From IMG/VR virus record IMGVR_UViG_2721755711_000007: 46,655 nt of DNA, one strand, 5' to 3'. The position numbers and the translations under genes are program-made. Below, one piece after another: positions 9,247 to 19,397 of the stretch; within the stretch, counting starts at the first letter, position 1, and each line of letters opens with the position of its first letter. Below the pieces are notes generated by a model. It ran no database searches. It saw nothing but the letters and a program-made list of their open reading frames with translations, and had not been told where the DNA came from. Origin of the DNA: a virus. Taxonomy: Duplodnaviria; Heunggongvirae; Uroviricota; Caudoviricetes.

Positions 9247-9944
9247 AAAACATCGCCGCACAGATGATTAACTTTGACCGTGAGCAGATGCGTCGGATCG
9301 CCAACAACATGCCGGAACAGTACGACGAAAAGCCGCAGGTACAGCAGGTAGCGCAGATAATCAACGGTGTATTCAGCCAGTTACTGGCAACTTTCCCGGC
9401 GAGCCTGGCTAATCGTGACCAGAACGAACTGAACGAAATCCGCCGCCAGTGGGTTCTGGCTTTCCGGGAAAACGGGATCACCACGATGGAACAGGTGAGC
9501 GCCGGAATGCGTGTTGCCCGTCGGCAGAATAGACCATTTCTGCCATCACCCGGGCAGTTTGTTGCATGGTGCCGGGAAGAAGCATCCGTTACCGCCGGGC
9601 TGCCAAACGTCAGCGAGCTGGTTGATATGGTTTACGAGTATTGCCGGAAGCGTGGTCTGTATCCGGATGCAGAGTCTTATCCGTGGAAATCAAACGCGCA
9701 CTACTGGCTGGTTACCAACCTGTATCAGAACATGCGGGCCAATGCGTTGACTGACGCGGAATTACGGCGCAAGGCTGCCGATGAACTGTCCTGTATGACC
9801 GCGCGAATTAACCGTGGTGAGGCGATACCTGAACCAGTAAAACAACTTCCTGTCATGGGCGGTAGACCTCTAAATCGTGCACAGGCTCTGGCGAAGATCG
9901 CAGAAATCAAAGCTAAGTTCGGACTGAAAGGAGCAAGTGTATGA
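9243..9944 (+). CDS. P: Replication protein P (DnaB helicase loader), 233 aa
   Basis: Translation near-identical to lambda P (MKNIAAQMxNFDREQMRRIANNMPEQYDEKPQVQQVAQIINGV...). Confidence 0.95.
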   Translation: MKNIAAQMINFDREQMRRIANNMPEQYDEKPQVQQVAQIINGVFSQLLATFPASLANRDQNELNEIRRQWVLAFRENGITTMEQVSAGMRVARRQNRPFLPSPGQFVAWCREEASVTAGLPNVSELVDMVYEYCRKRGLYPDAESYPWKSNAHYWLVTNLYQNMRANALTDAELRRKAADELSCMTARINRGEAIPEPVKQLPVMGGRPLNRAQALAKIAEIKAKFGLKGASV

Positions 9945-10243
9945 CGGGCAAAGAGGCAATTATTCATTACCTGGGGACGCATAAGAGCTTCTGTGCACAG
10001 GACGTTGCCGCGGTAACAGGCGCAACCGTAACCAGCATAAATCAGGCTGCGGCTAAAATGGCGCGGGCAGGAATCCTGGTCGTTGATGGTAAGGTCTGGC
10101 GAACGGTGTATTACCGGTTCGCTACCAGAGAAGAACGGGAAGGAAAGGTGAGCACGAATCTGATTTTTAAGGAGTGTCGCCAGAGTGCCGCGATGAAACG
10201 GGTACTGAGGGTATATAAAAGAACATCAATGGGAACACAATGA
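9941..10243 (+). CDS. ren: Ren-like protein, 100 aa
   Basis: Translation matches lambda Ren over most of its length, with a divergent C-terminus at the junction with the low-GC island. Confidence 0.8.
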   Translation: MTGKEAIIHYLGTHKSFCAQDVAAVTGATVTSINQAAAKMARAGILVVDGKVWRTVYYRFATREEREGKVSTNLIFKECRQSAAMKRVLRVYKRTSMGTQ

Positions 10244-10310
10244 TGAAACAGGTGAGTTGAGTTCAAACTGTAGTACAATTCTCTCCAGTTTGAACAGGAA
10301 AGAATATGCT

Positions 10311-10643
10311 ATGAACCCTTATATTTATCTTGGTGGTGCAATACTTGCAGAGGTCATTGGTACAACCTTAATGAAGTTTTCAGAAGGTTTTACACGGTTA
10401 TGGCCATCTGTTGGTACAATTATTTGTTATTGTGCATCATTCTGGTTATTAGCTCAGACGCTGGCTTATATTCCTACAGGGATTGCTTATGCTATCTGGT
10501 CAGGAGTCGGTATTGTCCTGATTAGCTTACTGTCATGGGGATTTTTCGGCCAACGGCTGGACCTGCCAGCCATTATAGGCATGATGTTGATTTGTGCCGG
10601 TGTGTTGGTTATTAATTTATTGTCACGAAGCACACCACATTAA
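10311..10643 (+). CDS. emrE: SMR-family multidrug efflux transporter EmrE, 110 aa
   Basis: Four-TM 110-aa protein MNPYIYLGGAILAEVIGTTLMKFSEGF... matching EmrE with the conserved membrane-embedded Glu. Confidence 0.9.
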   Translation: MNPYIYLGGAILAEVIGTTLMKFSEGFTRLWPSVGTIICYCASFWLLAQTLAYIPTGIAYAIWSGVGIVLISLLSWGFFGQRLDLPAIIGMMLICAGVLVINLLSRSTPH

Positions 10644-10673
10644 AATAATTTGTTTCTAAACGACTAAAATATG

Positions 10674-10714
10674 GAGGCTCTTATATTTATATGAGCCTCG
10701 TTTTATGCTTTTTG
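10674..10714 (+). terminator. Putative rho-independent terminator after emrE
   Basis: GAGGCTC-12 nt loop-GAGCCTC hairpin followed by GTTTTATGCTTTTTG. Confidence 0.5.
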
Positions 10715-10897
10715 TTAATGTCTTTATTTTTTATGTATTCTTTTGTGCTTTCAAGATTATGGCGTAAGAAAATTGCAATACGATTATTGTTGTATATTCA
10801 AGATAATGTGACCTTAATTGTCTTTTTAAATAAAAATTAAACAAAAATTATATCCCACCACTAAGGTTTATAAAAGCATACGTTAGCAGGTGTCACC

Positions 10898-12424
10898 ATG
10901 AAAAAAGCCATAGCATATATGCGATTTTCATCACCAGGTCAGATGTCTGGCGACTCATTAAACCGACAGAGAAGACTTATTGCTGAATGGTTAAAGGTAA
11001 ATAGTGATTATTATCTTGATACCATAACATATGAAGATTTAGGATTAAGTGCATTCAAAGGAAAGCATGCACAATCAGGAGCTTTTTCGGAATTTTTAGA
11101 TGCTATAGAGCATGGTTATATATTGCCAGGAACTACATTGTTAGTTGAAAGTCTGGACAGACTTTCAAGAGAAAAAGTCGGTGAAGCGATTGAACGTCTG
11201 AAATTGATTTTGAATCACGGTATTGATGTTATAACTCTTTGCGACAATACAGTCTATAATATTGACTCTTTGAATGAGCCATATTCATTAATAAAAGCCA
11301 TACTTATAGCACAAAGGGCAAATGAAGAAAGCGAGATAAAGTCAAGTCGGGTTAAATTATCATGGAAGAAAAAACGGCAGGATGCACTGGAATCAGGTAC
11401 GATTATGACGGCGTCTTGTCCGAGATGGCTCTCCTTAGATGACAAAAGAACGGCTTTTGTTCCAGACCCCGACAGGGTGAAAACTATTGAGCTAATTTTT
11501 AAACTCAGGATGGAAAGGCGCTCATTGAATGCAATAGCCAAGTATTTAAATGATCATGCTGTAAAGAATTTCTCAGGAAAAGAAAGTGCATGGGGACCTT
11601 CTGTAATTGAAAAATTATTAGCGAATAAAGCTCTGATAGGTATATGCGTACCTTCATATCGTGCAAGAGGGAAAGGGATAAGTGAAATCGCTGGCTATTA
11701 TCCCAGAGTCATATCAGATGATTTGTTTTACGCTGTACAGGAAATTCGGTTGGCACCTTTTGGTATTAGCAATAGTAGCAAGAATCCTATGCTAATAAAT
11801 CTACTTCGAACAGTTATGAAGTGTGAGGCTTGTGGTAATACCATGATTGTTCATGCGGTATCTGGAAGTTTGCATGGCTATTATGTTTGTCCGATGAGAA
11901 GATTACATCGATGTGACAGGCCATCAATAAAAAGAGATTTGGTTGATTATAATATCATTAATGAATTGCTTTTTAATTGTAGCAAAATTCAACCAGTTGA
12001 AAACAAGAAAGATGCTAATGAAACTTTAGAGTTAAAAATTATTGAGCTTCAGATGAAAATTAATAATTTAATCGTTGCATTGTCTGTCGCGCCTGAAGTT
12101 ACCGCTATAGCAGAGAAAATAAGACTATTAGATAAGGAATTACGAAGGGCTTCGGTATCATTGAAAACTTTGAAGAGTAAAGGTGTAAATTCATTCAGTG
12201 ATTTTTATGCTATTGACTTAACCAGTAAAAATGGACGAGAGTTATGCCGTACACTTGCCTATAAAACATTCGAAAAAATCATAATTAATACGGATAATAA
12301 AACCTGTGATATCTATTTTATGAATGGCATTGTTTTTAAACACTATCCTTTAATGAAAGTAATATCCGCCCAGCAGGCGATAAGTGCTCTCAAATATATG
12401 GTTGATGGTGAGATTTATTTCTAA
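10898..12424 (+). CDS. ybcK: Large serine recombinase-family protein (YbcK-like), 508 aa
   Basis: N-terminal resolvase catalytic motifs (YMRFSSPGQ with Ser, LDRLSR), recombinase domain and Cys-rich zinc-ribbon (CEACG...CPMRRLHRC). Confidence 0.85.
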   Translation: MKKAIAYMRFSSPGQMSGDSLNRQRRLIAEWLKVNSDYYLDTITYEDLGLSAFKGKHAQSGAFSEFLDAIEHGYILPGTTLLVESLDRLSREKVGEAIERLKLILNHGIDVITLCDNTVYNIDSLNEPYSLIKAILIAQRANEESEIKSSRVKLSWKKKRQDALESGTIMTASCPRWLSLDDKRTAFVPDPDRVKTIELIFKLRMERRSLNAIAKYLNDHAVKNFSGKESAWGPSVIEKLLANKALIGICVPSYRARGKGISEIAGYYPRVISDDLFYAVQEIRLAPFGISNSSKNPMLINLLRTVMKCEACGNTMIVHAVSGSLHGYYVCPMRRLHRCDRPSIKRDLVDYNIINELLFNCSKIQPVENKKDANETLELKIIELQMKINNLIVALSVAPEVTAIAEKIRLLDKELRRASVSLKTLKSKGVNSFSDFYAIDLTSKNGRELCRTLAYKTFEKIIINTDNKTCDIYFMNGIVFKHYPLMKVISAQQAISALKYMVDGEIYF

Positions 12425-12805
12425 ATAATGATCTCGGATTTTAAGTTATGCTATGGTGATAAAGTGCAAGACAGAATTAATTATCTTTGACGAAACTTAA
12501 TGGGTAATTACTTTGTTTGCTCCCACAAGCGAGTTTTGTACGGCTGTATTGGGGTAGTAAATGAGCTATACAATCTTAATCATTTGTTAGGTGAGAACTC
12601 TTGGTCGCAGATTCAAATACTGAAAATACGTGACAAATTATTATGAGCAAAATGGTGTATGTCACGTATTTTGAATGGTAGGTTAAAAAATAACACCGAC
12701 TTTCGTAGGTATTACTAATAATAAAGCAGAGTTTTTAGATAGTATCAATGTGCTTTGTGTATATTGTGGCAAATAATTGGGTTGGGGGTACAATTGTGAT
12801 TGCTT

Positions 12806-12835
12806 TTGCATGAACATTGCGCCTTTATGCATAAT
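12806..12835 (+). promoter_or_regulatory. Putative sigma70 promoter for ybcL (-35 TTGCAT, 18-bp spacer, -10 CATAAT)
   Basis: Hexamers read in the A/T-rich intergenic region about 55 nt upstream of the ybcL ATG. Confidence 0.3.
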
Positions 12836-12888
12836 GAGATAAAGGAATATCAAATAAAATAACGATAGGTCATAACAAAGAGGTTTTT

Positions 12889-13440
12889 ATGAAAACACTT
12901 ATCGTTTCAACTGTATTGGCATTCATAACATTTTCTGCGCAGGCTGCAGCATTTCAGGTCACTAGTAATGAAATAAAAACAGGAGAGCAACTTACAACGT
13001 CTCATGTCTTTTCTGGATTTGGGTGTGAAGGTGGTAATACATCGCCCTCATTAACCTGGTCTGGTGTTCCTGAAGGTACCAAAAGCTTTGCCGTAACTGT
13101 ATATGATCCAGATGCACCTACAGGCAGTGGTTGGTGGCATTGGACTGTTGTTAATATTCCAGCAACAGTAACATATTTGCCCGTTGATGCAGGGAGACGT
13201 GATGGAACAAAACTGCCGACTGGTGCTGTTCAAGGCCGAAATGATTTTGGCTATGCTGGGTTTGGTGGCGCATGTCCTCCTAAAGGAGATAAACCACATC
13301 ATTACCAGTTTAAAGTATGGGCTCTAAAAACTGAAAAGATTCCTGTAGATTCTAACTCCAGCGGAGCGTTAGTTGGTTATATGCTTAATGCTAATAAAAT
13401 CGCAACCGCTGAGATAACACCAGTTTATGAGATAAAGTAG
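12889..13440 (+). CDS. ybcL: Periplasmic PEBP/RKIP-family protein (YbcL-like) with signal peptide, 183 aa
   Basis: N-terminal signal peptide MKTLIVSTVLAFITFSAQA; PEBP-type motifs (DPDAPT...WxHW, HHY). Confidence 0.85.
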   Translation: MKTLIVSTVLAFITFSAQAAAFQVTSNEIKTGEQLTTSHVFSGFGCEGGNTSPSLTWSGVPEGTKSFAVTVYDPDAPTGSGWWHWTVVNIPATVTYLPVDAGRRDGTKLPTGAVQGRNDFGYAGFGGACPPKGDKPHHYQFKVWALKTEKIPVDSNSSGALVGYMLNANKIATAEITPVYEIK

Positions 13441-13449
13441 GGTGAGAGT

Positions 13450-14247
13450 ATGCTGGCAAGAGGTAAGACTAACTTAAAGATCGAAGAAATACGGATGCAT
13501 AAACATCATGAGATTCATAGGGTTAAGCCTCTTATGCCAGCTTTGTGTCGTATCCGTCAGGGAAAGAAAGTTATCAATTGGGAGACGCATACTTTAACTG
13601 TTGATAATAATCAAATAATATTATTTCCTTGTGGTTATGAATTTTATATTGAGAATTATCCTGAAGCAGGGCTTTATCTTGCAGAAATGCTTTACTTACC
13701 CATTGATTTAATTGAGAGTTTCCAAAAACTTTATACGGTAACTGATCAAATACGTAACAAAACAAGTTTCTTTTTACCTCAGAATCCTGAGTTAATATAT
13801 TGTTGGGAGCAACTAAAAACATCTGTTTCCCGAGGCTTCTCAACTAAAATTCAGGAGCACTTAGCAATGGGCGTTCTACTTTCGTTAGGAGTGAATCATG
13901 TTAATCATTTACTTTTATCATATAGTAAACAATCATTGATAAGTCGTTGTTATAACCTGCTGCTATCCGAACCCGGCACAAAATGGACAGCAAACAAGGT
14001 TGCTCGATATCTCTACATTTCTGTTTCTACATTACATCGCCGTCTAGCAAGCGAGGGGGTAAGTTTCCAAAGTATACTGGACGATGTGAGGTTAAATAAT
14101 GCGTTGTCTGCTATACAAACGACGGTAAAACCTATAAGCGAGATTGCCAGAGAAAATGGTTATAAGTGTCCTTCTCGTTTTACTGAAAGATTTCATAATC
14201 GTTTTAATATAACACCAAGAGAGATAAGAAAAGCTTCCAGAGAGTAA
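13450..14247 (+). CDS. ybcM: AraC-family transcriptional regulator (YbcM-like), 265 aa
   Basis: C-terminal AraC-type HTH region; 10 nt downstream of ybcL. Confidence 0.8.
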
Positions 14248-14311
14248 AAGTGTTTTAAGAAGGAGCAATTCTATCGATTTTGATTTTGGGAAATCAACAC
14301 GGCATAATTAT

Positions 14312-14345
14312 GTCACCGGAGCCTGAACAACTCCGGTGACTTCTG
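14312..14345 (+). terminator. Putative terminator hairpin after ybcM (10-bp stem GTCACCGGAG/CTCCGGTGAC)
   Basis: Perfect 10-bp inverted repeat with 9-nt loop followed by a weak TTCT tract. Confidence 0.4.
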
Positions 14346-14363
14346 CGCTAAACGGGGACGTTT

Positions 14364-14465
14364 ATGCGCACATACAATCCAAACTCTCTTCTCCCTTCAC
14401 AGATGCAGAAATGCACCTGCAATTCTTTGCATCTAGCGTTTGACCTCTGCGGAGGTGAAGCGTGA
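14364..14465 (+). CDS. ylcH: Small protein YlcH-like, 33 aa
   Basis: 33-codon [36 protein letters not shown] ending in a TGA that overlaps the ybcN start. Confidence 0.45.
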
Positions 14466-14917
14466 ACCTCTCACAAGACGGCATCAAATTACATCGCGGC
14501 AACTTCACCGCTATCGGTCGGCAGATCCAGCCTTATCTGGAGGAGGGCAAATGCTTTCGCATGGTGCTTAAACCGTGGCGTGAGAAACGCAGTCTTTCCC
14601 AGAATGCACTCAGCCACATGTGGTACAGCGAAATCAGTGAATACCTCATCAGCAGGGGTAAAACGTTCGCCACTCCAGCTTGGGTAAAAGATGCTCTCAA
14701 ACACACATATCTCGGTTATGAAACCAAAGACCTGGTTGATGTCGTAACCGGTGATATCACCACTATCCAGTCGTTACGCCATACCTCCGATCTTGATACC
14801 GGAGAGATGTATGTCTTCCTGTGTAAGGTTGAAGCCTGGGCGGTGAATATTGGCTGCCACCTGACTATTCCGCAGAGCTGCGAGTTCCAGCTGCTCCGCG
14901 ACAAGCAGGAGGCGTAA
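14462..14917 (+). CDS. ybcN: NinB-family recombination protein (YbcN-like), 151 aa, GTG start
   Basis: Similar motif pattern to lambda NinB/Orf ([11 protein letters not shown]); synteny with ninE-rusA. Confidence 0.85.
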
Positions 14918-15087
14918 TGGCTACACCGCTTATTCGTGTCATGAACGGACACATCTACAGAGTATCAAATCGTCGTAAGCGTAAGCCTGAGCTGAAGCCA
15001 TCCGAAATACCAACACTGCTCGGATATACCGCTAGCCTGGTTGATAAAAAATGGTTGCGACTGGCAGCAAGGAGGAATCATGGCTGA
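14917..15087 (+). CDS. ninE: NinE-like protein, 56 aa
   Basis: ATG overlaps ybcN stop (TAATG); basic small protein resembling lambda NinE (K/R-rich, W-L-R-x-x-A-R). Confidence 0.7.
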   Translation: MATPLIRVMNGHIYRVSNRRKRKPELKPSEIPTLLGYTASLVDKKWLRLAARRNHG

Positions 15088-15370
15088 TTTGAGAAAAGCA
15101 GCGCGTGGTCGGGAATGCCAGGTAAGAATCCCTGGCGTATGTAATGGCAATTCTGAAACGTCTGTACTGGCACATATCCGGCTGGCTGGATTGTGCGGTA
15201 CCGGTATCAAACCGCCAGACCTGATTGCCACCATTGCATGTTCTGCCTGCCACGACGAAATCGACCGCCGCACACATTTTGTCGATGCTGCATATGCAAA
15301 AGAATGCGCGCTGGAAGGTATGGCGAGAACACAGGTTATCTGGCTGAAAGAGGGGGTTATTAAGGCGTGA
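15080..15370 (+). CDS. ybcO: YbcO-like putative nuclease with Cys-rich motif, 96 aa
   Basis: [23 protein letters not shown]...CSACHDE; start overlaps ninE stop. Confidence 0.8.
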   Translation: MADLRKAARGRECQVRIPGVCNGNSETSVLAHIRLAGLCGTGIKPPDLIATIACSACHDEIDRRTHFVDAAYAKECALEGMARTQVIWLKEGVIKA

Positions 15371-15729
15371 ATACCTACAGTATCACATTACCCTGGCCTC
15401 CGAGCAATAATCGCTATTACCGCCATAATCGCGGGCGCACGCACGTCAGTGCAGAGGGGCAGGCATACCGCGATAACGTCGCCCGAATCATTAAAAACGC
15501 AATGCTGGATATCGGCCTGGCTATGCCTGTGAAAATCCGCATTGAGTGCCACATGCCGGATCGCCGTCGCCGTGACCTGGATAATCTGCAAAAAGCCGCT
15601 TTTGACGCACTCACCAAAGCAGGTTTCTGGCTGGATGATGCTCAGGTCGTTGATTACCGCGTTGTGAAGATGCCTGTTACCAAAGGTGGGAGGCTGGAAC
15701 TGACCATCACCGAAATGGGGAATGAATGA
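15367..15729 (+). CDS. rusA: Holliday-junction resolvase RusA, 120 aa
   Basis: [18 protein letters not shown]... with conserved acidic catalytic residues ([11 protein letters not shown]). Confidence 0.9.
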   Translation: MNTYSITLPWPPSNNRYYRHNRGRTHVSAEGQAYRDNVARIIKNAMLDIGLAMPVKIRIECHMPDRRRRDLDNLQKAAFDALTKAGFWLDDAQVVDYRVVKMPVTKGGRLELTITEMGNE

Positions 15730-15866
15730 TGTTTGAGTTTTATATGGCAGAACTTCTTCGCCACCGCTGGGGGCATCTGCGCTTATATCGTTTCCCCGGT
15801 TCTGTTTTGACCGATTACCGAATACTGAAGAATTACGCCAAAACCCTGACAGGAGCAGGAGTATGA
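15726..15866 (+). CDS. ylcG: Small protein YlcG-like, 46 aa
   Basis: 46-codon ORF overlapping rusA stop, in operon position before Q. Confidence 0.55.
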   Translation: MMFEFYMAELLRHRWGHLRLYRFPGSVLTDYRILKNYAKTLTGAGV

Positions 15867-15951
15867 AGTCAGAGATAACAATCAACTAATACTGTTTTGT
15901 TGATTTTTGCTTGTAATTGGCGTTCTGGTCTGATTTTTGTGGAGTAAGTTG

Positions 15952-16335
15952 ATGCGTGATATTCAGATGGTTCTTGAGCGTTGGGGAGCGTGGGCGGCTA
16001 ATAATCATGAAGATGTGACCTGGTCGTCCATTGCCGCCGGTTTTAAGGGATTAATTACTTCAAAAGTAAAATCTCGCCCGCAATGTTGTGACGATGACGC
16101 GATGATTATTTGCGGGTGCATGGCCCGTCTGAAAAAGAACAACAGCGATTTGCACGATTTATTAGTAGATTATTATGTAGTCGGTATGACATTCATGTCA
16201 CTGGCAGGTAAGCATTGCTGCTCTGATGGTTATATCGGGAAAAGGTTACAGAAGGCTGAGGGCATAATTGAAGGGATGTTAATGGCATTAGATATCCGGT
16301 TAGAGATGGATATCGTTGTTAATAACTCTAATTAA
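15952..16335 (+). CDS. quuD: Late-gene antiterminator Q (phage 82/21-type), 127 aa
   Basis: [20 protein letters not shown]... with Cys cluster; last gene of nin operon. Confidence 0.85.
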   Translation: MRDIQMVLERWGAWAANNHEDVTWSSIAAGFKGLITSKVKSRPQCCDDDAMIICGCMARLKKNNSDLHDLLVDYYVVGMTFMSLAGKHCCSDGYIGKRLQKAEGIIEGMLMALDIRLEMDIVVNNSN

Positions 16336-16369
16336 TATGCCAATTGTTTACTAAAAATTATTAAAAATG

Positions 16370-16500
16370 GGGCGTTGCAACGCCCCCAAAAATAAAGGGT
16401 AATATATAACAGAAGGTTTATATAGTTAGAAGCAAGGTTGTGCTCCTAAAGGAAGTGGCTTGAGGGAGCCACTTATATGTTGGGGAGGCAAAGCCTCCCG
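16370..16500. terminator. Cluster of three GC-rich inverted repeats between convergent quuD and nmpC (likely bidirectional terminators)
   Basis: GGGGCGTTGCAACGCCCC (16370-16387, U-run on minus side), GTGGCTtgagggAGCCAC (16456-16473), GGGAGGCaaaGCCTCCC (16484-16500). Confidence 0.45.
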
Positions 16501-16523
16501 CAACATATCTTTTAGTAATCAAA

Positions 16524-17606
16524 TTAGAACTGGTAAACCATACCTACAGCAACGATATCATCGGTAGCAACGCCAGATGCTTTCGTGAAATCGCTCTTAT
16601 CAATCAGGTTGATTTTGTAATCAACAAAAGTGGACATATTTTTGTTGAAGTAATAGGTTGCACCTACATCAATATATTCAACCAGGTCCTGATCACCCCA
16701 CGCACCCAAGTCTTTTCCTTTAGATTGCAGGTAAGCAACGGACGGACGCAGACCGAAGTCGAACTGATATTGTGCAACTACTTCGAAGTTTTGTGCTTTG
16801 TTGGCAATATGGTTATTACCAAAAACAGTCATGTTCTGGGTTTCAGAATAGGTGGTAGCCAGATAGATGTTGTTCGCATCATATTTCAGACCAGCTGCCC
16901 ATACTTCAGCATTTTGACCAGATGCATTCAGGCTGTTGTTACCGTAGATAACCTGATTATTAGTGCGGTCAGATTTAGCATAGGTTGCACCTACACCGAA
17001 TCCTTCATACTCATAAGTAGTGGAGAAACCGAAACCATCACCATTAGCTTCAGTTACGTCAGTGCGGTCATTTTTACCCTGATACTGAGCAGCAAAGTTC
17101 AGACCATCAACCAGACCAAAGAAGTCGTTGTTACGATAAGTTGCAACACCAGTGGTGCGACCAGTCATGAACACATCTGTTTGGGTCCAGGTATCGCCAC
17201 CGAATTCTGGCAGAACGTCAGTCCACGCACCGATGTCATATGCTACACCGTAGTTACGGCCGTAATCGATTGAGCCGTAGTCCCCGAATTTCAGGCCTGC
17301 AAATGCAAGACGGGTTTTGTCTTTGGAGGAGCCTTGAGATTCAGCGCGGTTGCCTTTGAATTCATATTCCCACTGACCGAAACCAGTCAGTTGATCGTTG
17401 ATTTGGGTTTCACCTTTGAAGCCAAGACGGGCATAAGTAGTATCACCATCATCTGCATCATTAGAGGAGAAGTAGTGCTTGGCATTAACTTTCCCATATA
17501 GATCCAGCTTGTTACTGTCTTTATTATAAATTTCAGCTGCCTGAGCAGACATCGCCATCAGTACTGATGCAGCTACAGCAGAAATTGCCACTGTTAATTT
17601 TTTCAT
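16524..17606 (-). CDS. nmpC: Outer-membrane general porin NmpC (OmpC/OmpF family), 360 aa, intact
   Basis: Signal peptide [23 protein letters not shown]; beta-barrel porin ending in the C-terminal MVYQF signature. Confidence 0.95.
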   Translation of the reverse strand: MKKLTVAISAVAASVLMAMSAQAAEIYNKDSNKLDLYGKVNAKHYFSSNDADDGDTTYARLGFKGETQINDQLTGFGQWEYEFKGNRAESQGSSKDKTRLAFAGLKFGDYGSIDYGRNYGVAYDIGAWTDVLPEFGGDTWTQTDVFMTGRTTGVATYRNNDFFGLVDGLNFAAQYQGKNDRTDVTEANGDGFGFSTTYEYEGFGVGATYAKSDRTNNQVIYGNNSLNASGQNAEVWAAGLKYDANNIYLATTYSETQNMTVFGNNHIANKAQNFEVVAQYQFDFGLRPSVAYLQSKGKDLGAWGDQDLVEYIDVGATYYFNKNMSTFVDYKINLIDKSDFTKASGVATDDIVAVGMVYQF

Positions 17607-17976
17607 CGTGAGCCCTTTTTTTTGAACTATTATTAAAAAATGATGTCACCGCGCGATAAATATTCATCTAATCAATGTGATTATTTCAAGATGTAAGTTT
17701 TGGTTTCTCGTTTGATTTGTGAAGTAGATCTCTATTTTTATCTGAACTTTTTTCTATCGAATCCTATTCATGGATCTTGGCTGAATAAAAATAAATCTAT
17801 TAGCCAATTTATATTAACGGCTGTTATTTATAAGTGCTCTGTAATTTGAAGGTTCAATTTAAATCGGCTAAAAATAACACTGGAAATTATTTGTTGGTTA
17901 TTTGTTGAGATTTGCTTATGTATTTGTAGTGGTGTTTTCAATACTCGGTAGCATTCTCGCAAATATCATTTTGTGG

Positions 17977-18004
17977 TTTACGTACGTAAAAAATTGGTTA
18001 TGCT
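17977..18004 (+). promoter_or_regulatory. Candidate late promoter PR' (-35 TTTACG, 16-bp spacer, -10 TATGCT)
   Basis: Hexamers read about 30 nt upstream of the tR'-like hairpin and about 190 nt upstream of the holin gene. Confidence 0.3.
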
Positions 18005-18034
18005 GTTAAGAGTGGTTACTTCGTCACACAGCTT

Positions 18035-18067
18035 AAACCCGCCGTCGAGCGGGTTTTTCCATTTTTT
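18035..18067 (+). terminator. tR'-like rho-independent terminator upstream of lysis genes
   Basis: AAACCCGC-cgtcga-GCGGGTTT hairpin followed by TTTCCATTTTTT. Confidence 0.55.
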
Positions 18068-18195
18068 GAGTCTCGATATTAGCTGATAACCCAATACCTG
18101 AGTTATTCACTGACTCCGAGTCTGTTACGTTTCTGCTTTTTTGCGATACGTTGTATTCCCTCAATTTACACCCGCTTTGTCTGCGAGGTGGGGTT

Positions 18196-18411
18196 ATGAA
18201 ATCCATGGATAAGTTAACAACGGGTGTCGCCTATGGCACCTCAGCAGGTAGTGCCGGTTACTGGTTTTTACAGCTGCTCGATAAAGTCACGCCCTCACAG
18301 TGGGCAGCAATAGGTGTGCTGGGTAGCCTGGTATTTGGCCTGCTGACGTACCTGACAAACCTTTATTTCAAGATTAAAGAAGATAAGCGCAAGGCTGCGA
18401 GAGGTGAATAA
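18196..18411 (+). CDS. essD: Pinholin (phage 21 S-type holin), 71 aa, dual-start MKSM
   Basis: [26 protein letters not shown]... with two TM segments and charged C-terminus. Confidence 0.9.
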
Positions 18412-18908
18412 TGCCTCCATCATTACGAAAAGCCGTTGCTGCTGCTATTGGTGGCGGAGCAATTGCTATAGCATCAGTGTTAATCACTGGCCCAAGTGGT
18501 AACGATGGTCTGGAAGGTGTCAGCTACATACCATACAAAGATATTGTTGGTGTATGGACTGTATGTCACGGGCATACAGGAAAAGACATCATGCTCGGTA
18601 AAACGTATACCAAAGCAGAATGCAAAGCCCTCCTGAATAAAGACCTTGCCACGGTCGCCAGACAAATTAACCCGTACATCAAAGTCGATATACCGGAAAC
18701 AATGCGCGGCGCTCTTTACTCATTCGTTTACAACGTGGGTGCTGGCAATTTCAGAACATCGACGCTTCTTCGCAAAATAAACCAGGGCGATATCAAAGGC
18801 GCATGTGATCAGCTACGTCGCTGGACATATGCTGGCGGTAAGCAATGGAAAGGTCTCATGACTCGTCGTGAGATTGAGCGTGAAATCTGTTTGTGGGGTC
18901 AGCAATGA
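18411..18908 (+). CDS. rrrD: SAR endolysin (lysozyme, phage 21 R-type), 165 aa
   Basis: N-terminal signal-anchor-release segment [20 protein letters not shown] followed by a lysozyme-like domain; ATG overlaps holin stop. Confidence 0.9.
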   Translation: MPPSLRKAVAAAIGGGAIAIASVLITGPSGNDGLEGVSYIPYKDIVGVWTVCHGHTGKDIMLGKTYTKAECKALLNKDLATVARQINPYIKVDIPETMRGALYSFVYNVGAGNFRTSTLLRKINQGDIKGACDQLRRWTYAGGKQWKGLMTRREIEREICLWGQQ

Positions 18909-19366
18909 ACAGAGTAACCGCGATTATCTCCGCTCTGGTTATCTGCATCATCGTCTGCCTGTCATGGGCTGTTAATCATTACCGTGATAACGCCATTACC
19001 TACAAAGCCCAGCGCGACAAAAATGCCAGAGAACTGAAGCTGGCGAACGCGGCAATTACTGACATGCAGATGCGTCAGCGTGATGTTGCTGCGCTCGATG
19101 CAAAATACACGAAGGAGTTAGCTGATGCGAAAGCTGAAAATGATGCTCTGCGTGATGATGTTGCCGCTGGTCGTCGTCGGTTGCACATCAAAGCAGTCTG
19201 TCAGTCAGTGCGTGAAGCCACCACCGCCTCCGGCGTGGATAATGCAGCCTCCCCCCGACTGGCAGACACCGCTGAACGGGATTATTTCACCCTCAGAGAG
19301 AGGCTGATCACTATGCAAAAACAACTGGAAGGAACCCAGAAGTATATTAATGAGCAGTGCAGATAG
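18905..19366 (+). CDS. rzpD: Spanin inner-membrane subunit Rz
   Basis: N-terminal TM segment plus coiled-coil; contains embedded Rz1 ORF in the +1 frame. Confidence 0.85.
   Translation: MNRVTAIISALVICIIVCLSWAVNHYRDNAITYKAQRDKNARELKLANAAITDMQMRQRDVAALDAKYTKELADAKAENDALRDDVAAGRRRLHIKAVCQSVREATTASGVDNAASPRLADTAERDYFTLRERLITMQKQLEGTQKYINEQCR
19125..19307 (+). CDS. rzoD: Spanin outer-membrane lipoprotein Rz1 (embedded in Rz), 60 aa
   Basis: Lipobox LVVVGC followed by proline-rich segment [16 protein letters not shown]. Confidence 0.8.
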   Translation: MRKLKMMLCVMMLPLVVVGCTSKQSVSQCVKPPPPPAWIMQPPPDWQTPLNGIISPSERG

Positions 19367-19397
19367 AGCTGCCCATATCGATGGGCAACTCATGCAA

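Noticed and set aside
12425-12888. 464-bp A/T-rich gap between ybcK and ybcL as a possible small RNA or toxin locus
   Set aside because: Only very short ORFs (about 20 codons or less) and a plausible promoter for ybcL; nothing structured enough to call from sequence alone.
16725-17273. 182-aa plus-strand ORF inside nmpC
   Set aside because: Antisense to the porin gene, which has a signal peptide and porin C-terminal motif.
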